DNA from: Harriotta raleighana
Lineage: Eukaryota
Assembly (NCBI GenBank): GCA_050575255.1
Contig: JBNZDD010013652.1
Span: forward strand, 158,702 to 222,701
Direction: 5' to 3'
DNA: 64,000 nucleotides
Below, in pieces: positions 38,097-52,300 of the stretch (position 1 is the first letter of the stretch; the number at the start of each line of letters is the position of its first letter). A program made the position numbers and the translations under genes. The notes beneath the pieces are model-generated. The model did not search any database and was not told the origin of the DNA. It was given only the letters and a program-made list of their open reading frames with translations.

Positions 38097-38645
38097 TAAG
38101 AACCTAAGAATTAGGAGCAGAAGTAGGCTATTTGGCCCTTTGAGCCTGCCCCACCATTCAATAAGATCTTCTGACCTAACTCTAATTACCTGCCCTATCC
38201 CCATATCCCCTAATCCCTCTATTTTTAAAAAATCTATCAGTCTCAGCCTTGAAAATGTTTAAGGACTGAGCACCTACAGCCTTCTGGGGTAGTGAATTCC
38301 ATAAATTCACTACCCTCTGAGTGAAGAAATGTTTCCTCAACTCTGTTCTAAAAGGCTGACTGTTAATTTTAAGACTGTGACCCCTGGTCATAGATTCTCC
38401 TACCAGAGGAAACAGTCCCTCAGTGTCTACTTTTTCTAGCCCTTTAAGAATCTTATATGTTTCAATAAGATCCCCTTAATTCTTCTGTACTCTAGAGAAT
38501 ATAGCCCTAGTTTATTCAACCTATCCTCATAGGTCAGTCCCCTCATCCCAGGAACTAACCTGGTGTATCTACGCTGCACCCCCTCTAAGGCAAGTATGTC
38601 CTTTTTTAAATAAGGAGACCAAAACTGATAAGGAGACCAAAACTG
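38097..38645 (-). mobile_element. Relatively young 5'-truncated CR1 LINE
   Basis: Minus-strand QFWSPYLKKDILALEGVQRRYTRLVPGMRGLTYEDRL and TRGHSLKI...FFTQRVVNLWNSLPQ match CR1 ORF2. The tail appears as taagaacctaagaa on the + strand. Confidence 0.92.
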
Positions 38646-41599
38646 TTTCGCCTTGCCTAATACAAACAAAACAAGGTCTTGCTTGAACAAGCAATAACCC
38701 AAGGATGAGATGTAGATCATGCAACATGTACGTCAGCAAAGTGTGCAATGATGCCATCGATTCTTTCGGAGGAAGAGAAGTGAGCAGTACAAAACACAAA
38801 GAAAGAGGCCAGTCATAGCTCCTTTGAGGACAGGGAGTTTGTGAACCGCTCGTAAACTAGCAATCTCAAACCCCAGGAATCTGAGCTGTAAAGAGAGAAA
38901 AGAGAATACTAACATTTAGTTATGCTTTGCTTTGTAGTTATATAGACTGGAAGAATATTGCTTTGTGCTCTCTGAAAAGTAAAGTACTGAAGAAAATGAC
39001 TTAGATATTGAACACCCTGCCATATTATTATCATGATTACCATTCAATTGGCTGCACACTTGCAAAAAGGAAAGAAATGCTGGTTTGCTGAAAAATATAA
39101 CAAGGTCAGAAGACTGTGAAAGGCTGATACTGGCAGCAGTCTGTTAATTTTCCATATGAAGTTGTTACCTTGTCAGTCTGTGCGATGGTGGCACAGAGCT
39201 GACAAAACAGCAGTGATCAGAGAGAACGTTTGGGGGGAGTTGTTCACCTGCACTCATTCCCCTTTATCCTCTGGTGAACATCTAAGCAACAACAAAATTA
39301 TATTTATAGAGCGTCTTTCACGTCGGGAGGACGTCCCAAGGCACTGAACAATTAGATGGGGACCCGAGCAGGGTGGTGGGGGTGGGCATAACCCTCTCAC
39401 AGCAGAGAGGGCTATGCTCACAAGTCAGCTACAGGTTGTAGAATATATCCCCATTTTGACAAAATTTTTGATGACTTTTTCTATCAAAAAATAAATATTG
39501 CCGCTGAGATAAAAAATACTGTATATACACTTTCTACTTACAAAACGGTGGATTTATATTTTTAATAATCTGAATATCAACAGCAGAATAGACCAGGATT
39601 TGTTCAGTGTGGTTAAAGCAGTCGATTCAGAACTATCCTGCAAGGGGGAGGTGGGGCGAGGAGGGGAGCAGGTGGGGCGAGGAGGGGAGTAGATGGAGGT
39701 GCACATTCTCTTCAGCACTGAACTGGCTCCAGTGAAATGTCGGAATCGAGTCATCCCTCTGTTGCAGTATTGGTGGTCCAGTTTCTAAGACAGACAGGTC
39801 TGCAGTACTCCAGGGCATTGCTGATGACAGCACAACCAGCCTAGCTTATCGGCGAGCAGAAGATTGTGGGTTCACATCAAAGCTTAACGTCCTGATCCGG
39901 GTTGACACTGGAAGAGTGCTTTCACATCAGTGAAATTGCTGTCCTTCGAATGAAACATTAAACAACGGAAGTCTAAGTGGATGCTAAAAAAGTAGGTTGC
40001 GACATTCCCCAGTGTGATATGAGAACAATAGCCAATTGGACAACAACAACAACAAAATTACATTTGTATAGCACCTTTCACGTCAGGAGGACGTCCCAAG
40101 GTGCTGGACAGGTTATTGCTTCAGACCTGAGGTAAGTGGGTGGCGGGGGGGTTCGAGGGGAGGAGCACTATAGAAAACATAGCACCAGTAAAAGGAGTCA
40201 AAAATGTTTCCAGGGCAGGAGGAGGAGAAGGTGTAGAAACAAGTCAGATAACAGTACTTCTTTCTCCCCCTGAGCCATGCGTAAAATCATTTAATCATGG
40301 GATACAAAAATGAATTACTTCTGACACGACTGGAAGAACCTCAGTAACAGTCTGGCAAGGACCCAGCAATCAGTCTTGTTTTAACACATGAGCATACTTT
40401 GATATCAATTCTGGCAAATGTCACATAGTGCTGGATATATATTGGAGCTGAAGTCTGACAGAGCTGATTTTAACTTTTACGCTGTCGCAAAGTGTTGAAT
40501 GCTGAGTCATGGATTCCTGGTCTGTCTACGGTAGTACATCAGTGGATCTCTGGATCACAGCTCTGTGTACTGAGGTGATGCACCATGTAAATGTGCTTCT
40601 GAAATATACTTGAATAGACCAGCCTGTCATGTTTAGTTACTGTTTCTACTGAATGTGCCTTTGGCTTCTGAGAAATCTTGATGTCTACTTTTGCCAATGT
40701 TATTTTTACCTGCTCTGAAACATCCAGTTATATTTCTGTGTTTCTCAGAGACAGCACCTTCTGACATCCTCATATTCTTTAACGATGGGTGAAACAATTT
40801 AATGGACTGTCAAGATGGTGATCATCGGTAGCTCTAATCAACTTCTGAGCTATGTGTAATGGAGAATCTCACCATAAACACATAAATAACCCAACTAGAA
40901 CCTCTTGGGGTGGGAGGTGGGTGGGCGGGGGGTGCGGGGGAGGAGGAGGCAGAAAGCGGATTTCTCCTTTCTCCTCAACTGGTGTCAAGGTGACATGCTC
41001 GCCGATAGAAGGTCAGAATTGACATAGTTCTCTGTAGTTGTCTTGAGAGTCCAATTCATAACCTGACTTGTCCATGGTATTCAAGGGCACCGTTGACGCC
41101 TAGCCTGACTCATTGATTGGAGTTAATCAGGTCTGGGTTCCAGATTTCTTCCCACACTTCCTGGCAGCTGAAGCCCTGATGGATAGCCCCCCACCTGGAG
41201 AAGCAATGGAAAGCATGACAGACAGTGCTTTGCACGGTAAACTGTATGGTTTTAACTGGCTAAACTCCAGCAGTCCCCAAGGCAACCTACAGTTAATACT
41301 CTGCATTTAATTAAGTACGGTATGTCCCTACAGGGAGAGTATGTGTATTCCATTCCAGCTGCAGGAAAATCTCCATGTATAGATGACATAAATCTGTATA
41401 AATATCTATCTGGTTATGGTACTCTTAAGCATGGTAATACTTCATGGGTCAGGTTCCCAAGTGACAAAAAAAAATCACTTGCATTTGCTATCACCGCATT
41501 ATACATCAAAATTATACATATAATGATGTATCCCAAAAGCTAATAATGTAATAGTGTGCTGAGACCTCATTAATATGCTTGTTTGTAAAGCCCTAATTA

Positions 41600-41870
41600 T
41601 ACACATTGGTGGTCAGGCCTTCAGTTTCTCTGCCTCCACCCTCTGGAACTCCATCCCACAATCCCTTTGCCTTGTTCTCTCCCATGCCTCCTTCATGGCA
41701 TGTCTCAAGACCCTGCTCTTCGACCACATGTTCAGCCACACCCCTACCCTCGTTGCCCTTCACCCCTCCTAATGCCAGCTCCCTGCTTAGGTCCAAATCC
41801 TTGACTGTTCAGCGCCTTGGGACATCCTCCCAATGTGAAAGGCATGGTACAAATGTTATTTGTATGTAAT
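41600..41870 (+). mobile_element. L2 LINE 3' fragment
   Basis: IGGQAFSFSASTLWNSIPQSL motif and an L2 tail. Confidence 0.8.
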
Positions 41871-43684
41871 GTAATATTATTTTAGGCATCTTTATTTTAA
41901 TCACCTTGGGAAACATATTCCAATTATAGTACATATACATTGAGTTTAACAAAAATAATAATACTTCCATTTGACATAGGGTTGAAATGACTTAAAGCAT
42001 TTACAGTAAAATGTAATAGTCAAACACATAATTTGCATTGACTCATATACCTTTTGGGGCTATCTCCTCTTAACCAATGTTATTCAAGTATCGCTCATTC
42101 CCATCTGAAGGAAGAAAATTATTATATAATATAAAAAAATATAATATACATAGAAAAATAATTAAAATAATGAAAAGTGGCAGATACCAATTTTAGTCTG
42201 CAAATGTTTCTTTGTTGAACTGTCAGAATCCTTCTTAATTCCCCTTGATGTACAGGGGACATAAGGTTTCTATTGGATTTAAAATCACAACCGACTGTGT
42301 GGGCATAATATTCAGAATCTACTTAAAATAGCTGCAAGCATTCAGAAACATCGGACTTATTTGATTTTCGAGTAATAAGAACGTTATGCATTTCAATAGT
42401 TCTTGATCATGTCAAAACATCTCAAAGCTTTTGAGGTCATGGCAGTAGTGACTGTTTTCATGTAACAGCGTTGGATTTAATTGCTGCAATAGCCATTGTG
42501 GCACAGGAAGATGCCATGAACAGCCAAGAATGATTAATTTACCCGGAGAATTGTTGACTAGGTCTGTGGGAGAATTTGTTTGATTTCTGGTCTTTTTTTC
42601 CATACTTTATTAGCTTTGGAGACTTGTTCATATCTATACTGTACTGTAAATATTGAATTAGATTTGAAGAAGTTGCAATTAGCACATTGAATCATAGTTA
42701 CTTACTAATACTTAAATGATTTGCTTGGTTTTGAACCAAAGGTAGTTTTCAGCGCCATGTTACACTGCACTTTTGCAGCAATTAAATTAAAATAAATCTG
42801 GTGCATTTATAGGGCAAATTCTGCTTTTCAACAGGGTTGTGATATTAATTTCCACACTATCCTGCCACATTACAACCTGAGCATCCTCAGCCCACACACT
42901 TCAGTTTATTGTATACTAGGGGGGGTTAGATCTAATATAATGAATCAGTTCTCAGCCATCCTGGTTTCACACAGCGAATCTAGGATATTCCCACAGAGCA
43001 GTCACTTTAGGAAACCATGATTATCGTGTACACAACACAACTCCCACAACTGTAGTATTTTCTGAATCAATTAAAATTCTGATAACAGTACAAGAATATT
43101 ACCTCACCATTCAGAGGGCTAAATAGCAGTGTCACAAGGCATCAAACATCAATTCAGAGGTATTACTGATTAAAGGATAATATTAAGAAGACTAGTGTTA
43201 AAATATGCAGTGTATGATTTCAGAAATTTGAGGCTTTCACAGTTTTATTATCATGGTAATAGAAAGATCAATATCTTGCATTAACATGGGCATATTTGCA
43301 TTCTGAAATCAAATTTATGTTAAATGTAAGTGGGATGGAGCACTGCTGGCTGGGACACACAAACACACTAGTCTTTCATTAAATTCTTCACCTCAATTGT
43401 ATTTCATGTTTTTCAAAATCAAGGAACCAAAGATGGCTTTCGATGATGTGGATTCAAGTGGTCCTTTTTTTTTTGATTGAGAAAAGTGGCTCTTCAAATC
43501 ATTTATTCCACAAATGAGCATAGATTTTGTCTGTATTGCATTTCACTGTGAAATCCTGTGTTTCTCCCACAAATTACAGTCAATTCACTTCACACTATAT
43601 TCTATGGAGCACTTTGAGATGCTTCAACAACATGGTAAGAATTATTATTATTCTTATTACTACCTGGCACAAGGAAATAATATA

Positions 43685-43990
43685 TAATAATCCTTGCATT
43701 TGATATGGCGCTTTTCAACATGTCTTATCGATATTTCAAAGCACTTCACAGAATTTACTGTAAAATCAATTGACTGTATATTTGTAGGCAAAATGCAGCG
43801 CACTGCAGTGTCCCACAAACAGTCATTGAAATGACCAATTTTTATTATTGTGTTGTTTTTTTGAAGGGATTATTATTAGGCGTGTGGAGTAAGGAAACTT
43901 GCCTAAGGTTTCGCCCTGATCTGCCTGGATTCAAACACAGATCTCATGCTTATAAGGCGAGTGATCTAACCGCTGAGCTGCAGGAGTTCC
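43685..43990 (-). mobile_element. Young tRNA-derived SINE, full length
   Basis: Reverse complement of the 18207 family from the (AAT)n tail to the head ...ctgagctgcaggagttcc. Confidence 0.88.
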
Positions 43991-44706
43991 AATATTGCCT
44001 CGCCTGAATGTGGTGCTTTTTCATCTGCATTGTGCAATGCGGAACTCACAGCGGAGAACATTCCCCGTTTACATGGAATCTGATCAAATCCTCTGCTATC
44101 ATTCCCAGTTTTTGCACGAGGTAAGAGACTGACAGGTCAGAAGCGATGCGGCTCATTTTCCACAGCACGGTGCACTGCTTTGGATTGAATTGCATCTGTC
44201 AACACAATGCTAAGTACATGTGTTTTGGACAGACTACTTGGCATTCCTTTGATCCAGCATTCACTTCAAGTCTATGAAATAAATATGATTGAATTTAGGA
44301 GCCTTTGAGGATAGAATGCAGCATAATTCAACTGCAGTGCGTTGTTAGATTGATGAGGAGGCAGTGGGAATATGCATTAGTATGTGTGGGAGGAAGGCAA
44401 CTCCAGTGATATCTCACTGGTTGCAGATCTCTGCACAGACATGAATTGAACATACAGCAGAAGAGGACAACACACCAAATTGGATTATAAAATCTTTAAT
44501 GGCACCTGATTAAGGAATAATTTGTTTCATAAAAAATGGGTAGTTAAAGGAAAGACTGTGGTGATGAAGATATTTATAAATACTGACAAACATTGTGAGG
44601 AATCAGTAGTATATAGATATTCTGTATGTATAGTACCATCAGTCAAGTGGGAAGAGTCACAACTAATCACAGTCTGTGGCCAGGTTGTTTAACAAGGCAG
44701 CCAGAC

Positions 44707-45153
44707 AACAACAACAAAATTACACTTGTATAGCGCTTTTCACATCAGGAGGATTGTCCCAAGGTGCTGGATAGACTGCTTCAGACCCGAGCTGAGGACA
44801 GGGTGGGGGGAGGGAAGGGGGTGGAATTAGGAATTGCCGATGGATCTGTCGAAGAGGAGAGTCTTGAGGTGAGACTTGAAAGAGGCCAGGGAGGGAGCGA
44901 GGTGGAGGGACTGCGGGATAAAGTTCCAGAGGTTGGGGGCAGAGTGGCTGAAGGCTCGACTGTCAATGGTGAGGTGGGTGGGTCGGGGGATGTGAAGCAG
45001 GCCAGAGCCTGTTTAGCAGAGGGGATGAGGAGGTTGGTAAGGGGATATGAGTTCATGGATGTAGGGTTGGGTGAGGTTGTGGAGGGCTTTAAATGTGAGG
45101 ACTAGGATCTTGAATTGGATTCTCTGGATGATAGGGAGCCAATGGAGTCGGGA
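44707..45153 (-). mobile_element. L2 LINE 3' fragment
   Basis: RLHWLPIIQRIQFKILVLTFKALHNL motif and (AAC)n tail. Confidence 0.9.
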
Positions 45154-48100
45154 CATAGAAACGATGCACTGGGAAGAGTTTGCAAGGCTGGAACCTGGAT
45201 TTATCAATTGAACCCAGGAACCTGGATTTTATTAGCAATTGTTCCAATGTGCCAGATCCTTTGGCTCTTTTCCCCTGCAATCTCACATCCTTAACCAACC
45301 TCCTCTCACCAGTGTCAATCTCTATTGAAAACACTCTTTGCAGGTAATCAAATGGGGTAATTACAGGCTTTATTGCATAGTTAGGTACACAAGAAACACA
45401 ACCCACCACACAACGCAATTGCCATCTTCACAAACAAAAAAATAGTAAGTTGGTCACTTGAATCCACGACTGTTTGTGTGACACTGCTGTGTGCAATTGA
45501 CTGCCATGTTGCACCCATAAATGCAGTCAATTCACTTTACAGAATATTGTGTGACACATTTTGAAGCATCTAGAAGATGTGAAAAGCACTATAACAAATG
45601 CAAGGATTATTATTTATATTTTATTATAATTATATGTAAGTTGGCCTCTTGTGCCAAGGTGCCGAACCTTGCACTCACCTTGATAGACATCCATCAGTCA
45701 ACAATAATAACTTGCATTTATATCGCACTCTTTACGTGGAGTAGCGTCCCGGAGATGAGTTCAGTGAACTATCAACTGTTCAGAATGTCCTGGGATAGTT
45801 ATAGAAAACGATCCCACAAACATGAAACACACTGCAGCAAACTACATCTGACACTGGCAAAACAAACAGGCTTGTCTCAATCCTGATAGTGGGGCTAGAG
45901 ATGTGTGTGATGGACGAGTTGACGGTCAAGAGCTGAGACCCCTGAAACTGAGAGAAAACATATTTCACAAAAAAGATTTGCATTTAAATAGCAACCTGAC
46001 TTGAACTCCTAGTTAGTGACTTTTTGGGTCAGCCGAGTGACTGACGATTGTGGAAACCCATCACCTTGTTTAAGAGTATCGAAACCAAGCTGAAATTAAC
46101 ATGCATTCCACCGACATAGTCAGTGACCCAGACGTTATAAAGGAGTAGAAGAAAGCAGGTGGTTGAGGCCATAGCTCAATAATACAGCAAATTCCTGATA
46201 TATCATTACTGCAAGGGACAAGAGCTCAGGGCTGACTATTTCGGCATGAGTCCTCTGAGGCACAGCTGCCTGAGCTGTGTAGGAAATTATATACATAATA
46301 TTCAAGGGTGTTTGTGCAGATTGAGTTTAATCCCAGATTTAGATGTATTCAAAAGATAAATCAATTGGACATTATTGGACAATCTTCAAAAATCACGTAC
46401 CTCACTCAAGGATAAGTATCTACCCAAATGCAATAAGAGCAAATTAGACTAACATGCGCCAACATACATCAAGAGGAAAATGTAATTTAAAATAATGATT
46501 ATTTATATAAGATTTACAAATCTTGTAGGCAGAACAAAAAGTACATTTGGCTGGAATGCAAGAGGATAGCTTTGGACTAATACGCAGTTAGAAAAAGGAC
46601 TCGAGAGCATGGAAAGGGGCAGAGCAGCCGATGGAAAGCACAAAACATAAAGTCTTCCAATATAATACCACAGGAAGTCTTCCAATATAATACCACAGGA
46701 AGAAAGAGGTTAAACCCTAAGGTAGATCCTGAGTATAGGGAAATACCAACGCTGAATAGTTAGCTGAATAGTTAAATCTGACTGAATGATAAACAGGACA
46801 GAGAAGAAACTGCAGAGGGCAGGTTGTGAGGGAAGGGCGCAGTAAACAGACTAGGAAAGACTGAACTAGCTAAACAAATTGACTCAATTTGGAGCAAAGT
46901 TCATGAGCTGTTTACATTTTGAATTCAGAGTCACTGCAAGTCAGGGAGACTAAGGAGTCCTACTCCAGCCAAGTCCAGCACTGTTGGATTGCCCAACTCA
47001 GCTTGCTTTGTGCTGAATGCTTGAGGTTTTACAGCTGGGAAGAGATTATGTTGCAATTATATATGCAGCATATATATAAATACATGAGTTAGTCTTTTGA
47101 TTGACTTTATCCTCTTTTACACTTTAAGAGGCTCATTTACATTCGTTACATAAAGAACATTAAATGAGCACTAGCATTAGAATTCTAATGGGATCCACTG
47201 ACCTAGTTATACTTAAAAAAAATGCAGTTAAATATTTGAGCATTTAATCTTTAGGTTTTTAACCCCATGTAGTTTGACAGAGCAACATTATAGTTTAATA
47301 TACACTTTGATAATGTGCATTAAACAGCCAACCAATAGCTTTGAATTTACAAAATGCTCAAAAAGGACAGTTGAGGGTCAAACAAGACACCAAGGATCGA
47401 GACTGGCTCAGTCAGATGGCGTACGCATCCATAGATGGTGAAAAGAAATACAGTCAGTTCCAGTCACACCAGATCATAATATCACCTTTTATGGACAATC
47501 TCTATGCTAATTATTCACAACATTACTGCCTCACAAATCTTCCCAATGTTTGTTATTCAATGGGTCCCTTTGCTGAACATTTCCTGTAAGCTGCCCTTTA
47601 AAAGCTGTGCTAAATATGACTGAATGATTTAGCTCACTCTCTGTTTGGGAACTTGATGATCCAATCAATGCTGCAGGCTCAGAAGTCCAAGAACCATTTG
47701 TCTAAGTAAATAATGAATAACAAACAATAATAACTCTTGTAATTGATATCGCACCTTATCGTATAATTAAAATGTCTGAAAACACGTCATAGGATTTTAC
47801 TGTAATATGTAATGATTGTATATATGTAGATAATACACCAGCCAATGTCTTACAAACAGCCATGATTGAATGATAATAATAATCCATGCATTTGATGTAG
47901 CGCTTTTCACGTCTTATCGACATCTCAAGGTGCTTCAAAGAATATACTGTAAAGTGAATTGACTGTATATTTTATGNTGTCTTATCGACATCTCAAAGTG
48001 CTTCAAAGAATATACTGTAAAGTGAATTGACTGTATATTTTATGGGCGAAACACGGCAGCCAATTGTGCACAACAGTATTCTGCAAACAGTCGTGAAAAT

Positions 48101-48614
48101 GACCAATTTTTATTATTGTGGGTTTTTATGATGGATTAATATTTGGCGTATGAAACATTTACATAGCACCTTTTTCATGTCAGAAGGGTGTCTCAAGATG
48201 TTCAATACTACCGGCTAGACACTGAGTTGGGGTGGGAGCCAAGGGAACTGGGATAGGAGGGGATAAGATAACAGAAAATGAGTTAGCTCTTAATGTGCCT
48301 TGAAAGAGTGGAGGAAGGGAATGACTTGGAGGGACCCCGGGAATGGAGCTCCAGAGATCAAGGGCATTATGGCGATTGCGGGGCAGATAGGGTGGGGGGA
48401 ACATGAAGCAAGTGAGTGTTTGCTGGGCATAGGAAATGACCAGGTTAGGAGGTTACAGAGATAGGTGGGTGGAAGAGGAATGGAGGACATAAAGGTGGTT
48501 CTGACTGAGGAAAGATGGGAGTTTTCTGTGACAAAACTGCATGGCTCATCACTCAATGTCTGTGCTCGGTCCCCCACCATGGCAGCCAGGGGAGGTTCCA
48601 ATTATCTGTCACAA

Positions 48615-49155
48615 AAAGAGACACACACACACAGACAAAGAGAGACACAGACAGACAGACAGACACACACAGCAAAATAGACACACAAACACACAGAAAG
48701 AGAGAGAGACAGAGAGAGAAAGAGATATACACACACACACACAGACAGACAGAAAGAAAGAGACACATACAGGCAGAGCGAGTCACACACACAGAGAGTG
48801 AGACACACACAAACACACAGAGTGACACACACACATAACCACACAGAGTGACACACACACATAACCACAGAGGCACACACACTCACAGAGAGGGAGAGAC
48901 ACATAGACAGAGCGAGTCACATATACTCACAGATACAGCGAGACACATATACAGACACACGCTCACAGGCAGAGAGAGACATAGACAGACAGAGCAACAC
49001 ACACACAGATAGAGAGACACACAGATAGAAACAGAGACGCTCACACAGAGATGCAGAGAGAAAGACACAGAGAGGCAAACAGAGAGAGAGAGACACACAC
49101 ATGCACATTCACACAGACAAAAAGATAATCACACTCAGAGACACACACAGACAAT
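48615..49155. repeat. Compound (CA)n/(GA)n/(GACA)n microsatellite
   Basis: Directly visible low-complexity tract of about 540 bp. Confidence 0.95.
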
Positions 49156-49189
49156 CTCAACAGTGATGCATTGGTGTCTAGGCTGCGAT

Positions 49190-49370
49190 CCCAACCCCCC
49201 AACCCCCACAATGTGACCCCAATAACCCCACACTGTGACCCCCCAACACCCCCCTCACTGTGACCCCCCCCCAACAACCCCCACACTGTTACCCTCCAAC
49301 AACCCCGACACACTGTGACCCCAACTCCCCCACTCCCCACACACAGTGAAACCCACCCACCACCCACATT
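49190..49370. repeat. C-rich degenerate minisatellite
   Basis: Repeated ~22-bp cacactgtgacccccaacaacccc-like units. Confidence 0.8.
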
Positions 49371-52300
49371 GTGCACATGGGGCCGCAGATGCTCCACCCA
49401 CAGCTAAAGTACTGGCGTTGAGGAAACAGAGACCCTCGAGCAGAGCAAGCTTCACTTTTACTGGATTTCATGGAGGATTTTGCCCAGGTTATTACACAAT
49501 TGCAATGTGCCAGTGTTCACAATGGCAAGTCACACAGCTTTAACTGGGTCAAACTCTTGCTGTTGCATCCTTGCAAACTACACTCCGGGGTTGCCCCCCG
49601 CATACTCTGTTGGTGAGGACAGTGTCCCTGGAGCAACCCAAGAAGCTCAAGTGCGAGCAATCAGAAACACTTCCCACACTTCGTAACACACGATGCATCA
49701 GAAACTCCCACAGAATGTTCCCACTCACTGAAGGCATCAGCTGTTCATCTGTAACTAATTCGATTCCTTGTTAAAGTGCCACAAATGCAATAACTCTGTG
49801 ATTTACCCAAGAGGTAGCCCCAAATCTCACTCAGCACCAATTCCATGCTCGCTGCCTCTTTCACACTTTTATAAAACAAATCATTCAGTTCCATCTCGCT
49901 CTCTGCCTCTCCAGCTCACATTGTTGGTCTCTAATGTATCACTTCATTGCAAGCTTCCTTGCTTAGGCCAGTGTGTGGATTGTCTCCTGTTTCCCCCTGT
50001 CCAGACAAACTTCCTTGTTGTGAAAAGATGGTCAAATATTGTGAGTAAGAGTGAGAGCTGTTACAATTTGAGCCTGGTCAGAACATTGATGTCCAAAAAC
50101 CACCAGGGTAGAATATCAAACACTTTTTAAGCATAAGACTCTGGGGATGGGGGAAATAGTGGGGTGTTGGTCAGTGGAGTGTCTGACACATGCAGAAACT
50201 TATCTCCATGCTTAAGAGTATCCTAACCAGACTGAGAGTTCCACATACATACGTCAACTACACATAGATATTTCCATGTATCTGGAATGGAATGCATATG
50301 CCTCCCAGAGTGATGGATTCTCTATGCGTAACTCCAGAGAGTAATAGTGCAATCTAGCAAATACCAAAACTTGAAGATCCTTAAGTGCAAGTTGGGAGAC
50401 TGCTGGAACGTATCCAGCTAAAGTCACACAACATCACTATAACTATTAGGGCTTCGATTTGCACAATTAAGCAGAGCTAGAATCCCTGTCTCCAGTAACT
50501 AGTCTGCCCTTCCAAATCCTGCTGATGAGCCAGACTGGCTTGTCTGCATTAGCAGTGCCCTAGAATACTATGGACCCACCTAGCTTAGGAACCAGACCAC
50601 GGAGACCGAGGGCTGACTCATTTTGGATATTTCATTGCCAAGCGTGTTTCCAACTAGATCCTCCCACCCCCCACCCCCCGGTTAATAGTCACTGGTTGAT
50701 CATTTGACATCGCCACATCATCCTGTCCACAGCACAAACACACATTAAGCAATAGTTCGACCAGCTGGAAATGCAAACCAATTAAGGTGGATTCCATGCC
50801 CCGCTGAATATATGAATGCTTGTTCATGAACTCGAACCAAGTAACTCCTTCCATCAGCCAGAATGTCGCCCCCAGTCTCGGAGATTGCTCATCAGCTATC
50901 TGATGGACATCTACCTTCGGTGTGGTGGGAGAATGTTTACAGGACGGCTTGTGAAGTGCTGGCCACTTTGATGTTTTTGAGCTAGGACCAGTGCAGTGAT
51001 GTGCACACCGTGCTTACTCAGCAAACAGACATACTCACTGTGAAGCTGACCCCACTCGGAAGTGGCTTCAGCCTGCTGGGTGCTTAGCAACTGGTCAATG
51101 AAGCCTCCCTGCAGCCACTTCTTTTAACTCCACCGCATGTCTTGTTCCTGAACATCACAAACAAAATGGACCAAAAAGCAACATCCACTACATGCCCAGG
51201 AGCCTTGGAACCATAAAAGAACACGGTTGTGTCTCACATCTGATATGCACTGGAGGCTGAAGTATGGGGTGATCCTAATAATAATATTTGCACAATGTCT
51301 GAAAGTTTTTCATAGGATTTTACTGTAAGTGGAGTGTGTGTGTGTATTTGTAGGCAAAACAAGAATAAAATTACATTTATGGTGTGTGTTTCACGTCAGG
51401 AGGACGTCCCAAGGCGCTGAACAGTCAGGATTCGAGCATGGGGGAAGGGAAGGAGAGAGGTGTGAGGACGGCAGAAGGCACTATTGAAAAGGAGGATCTT
51501 GAGATCGGACTTGAAGGAGGCAAGGGAAGAAGCGAGGCACAGGGACTGTGGGATAGAATTCCAGAGTAACCCAAACAGCAATCCAATTGCTCATGGCAAT
51601 ATCCCAGTCATGAAACAGTCATGAATTAAATAACCAATTTTATTTCGGGGATTGTTGGCCAGGACACCAGGATCAAAATTCCTCTGTTTTATTCCCTACA
51701 GCTAGCTACTAATCACACTCCAATATTGCTCGCATGAGTGAGTTTATTTTACAATTAATTTGATGGAGAAAAAATAATCCGTGGAATCAGCAATCTTACT
51801 TGATCACAACACGGGAGAAAACAATACAACAGATCAGTGACCAACAATCAGGGATGGTAAAACATGAGTTGCCTGAGGATGTGATCTTGTAGGCAGCTGG
51901 ACATTCACTTACAAATGAATCCAGAGTCATAAAGACTAATTGATCTTCCCACATAGGAGAATGGCAGTGTTCATCCTGTCCGGAAGGGAATGTTGAATGA
52001 ATAACAAACAATGTTGTGATATTCATGGATGCTGCAAGAACATTGTTGGGGCCGAATTAATGCTCTCTATAATCTTGATCATTCCACATACATCAGGAAG
52101 GTGGAAAATCCTCTCACCTCCACACCTTGGCACAGTTGCACTCATATCCTGGACAACCAAAAGCATGTCACAGACCAGATGTTGAGATGATAACAACTCC
52201 AACCAATTGCCAGGGAAACTGCAAAAGGAAAAGCACAGCAACAGATTAATGAAGTCAGGAAGTTTGTTTGGGGTTGTGTTAAAACATTAGACTTCTGTTA

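Noticed and set aside
36956-38222. Apparent 580-bp tandem duplication
   Set aside because: It flanks the N gap exactly and differs only by allele-like changes, so it is most likely two haplotypes or overlapping contig ends.
40907-40950. G-run cluster with G-quadruplex potential
   Set aside because: Such tracts are common in this window and no associated promoter or other evidence of function is visible.
48515-49471. Several Cys/Val- or Thr/His-rich ORFs
   Set aside because: Translations of microsatellite sequence.
50521-50550. CTGATGA followed by a short stem (second hammerhead candidate)
   Set aside because: There is no GAAA core after the stem.
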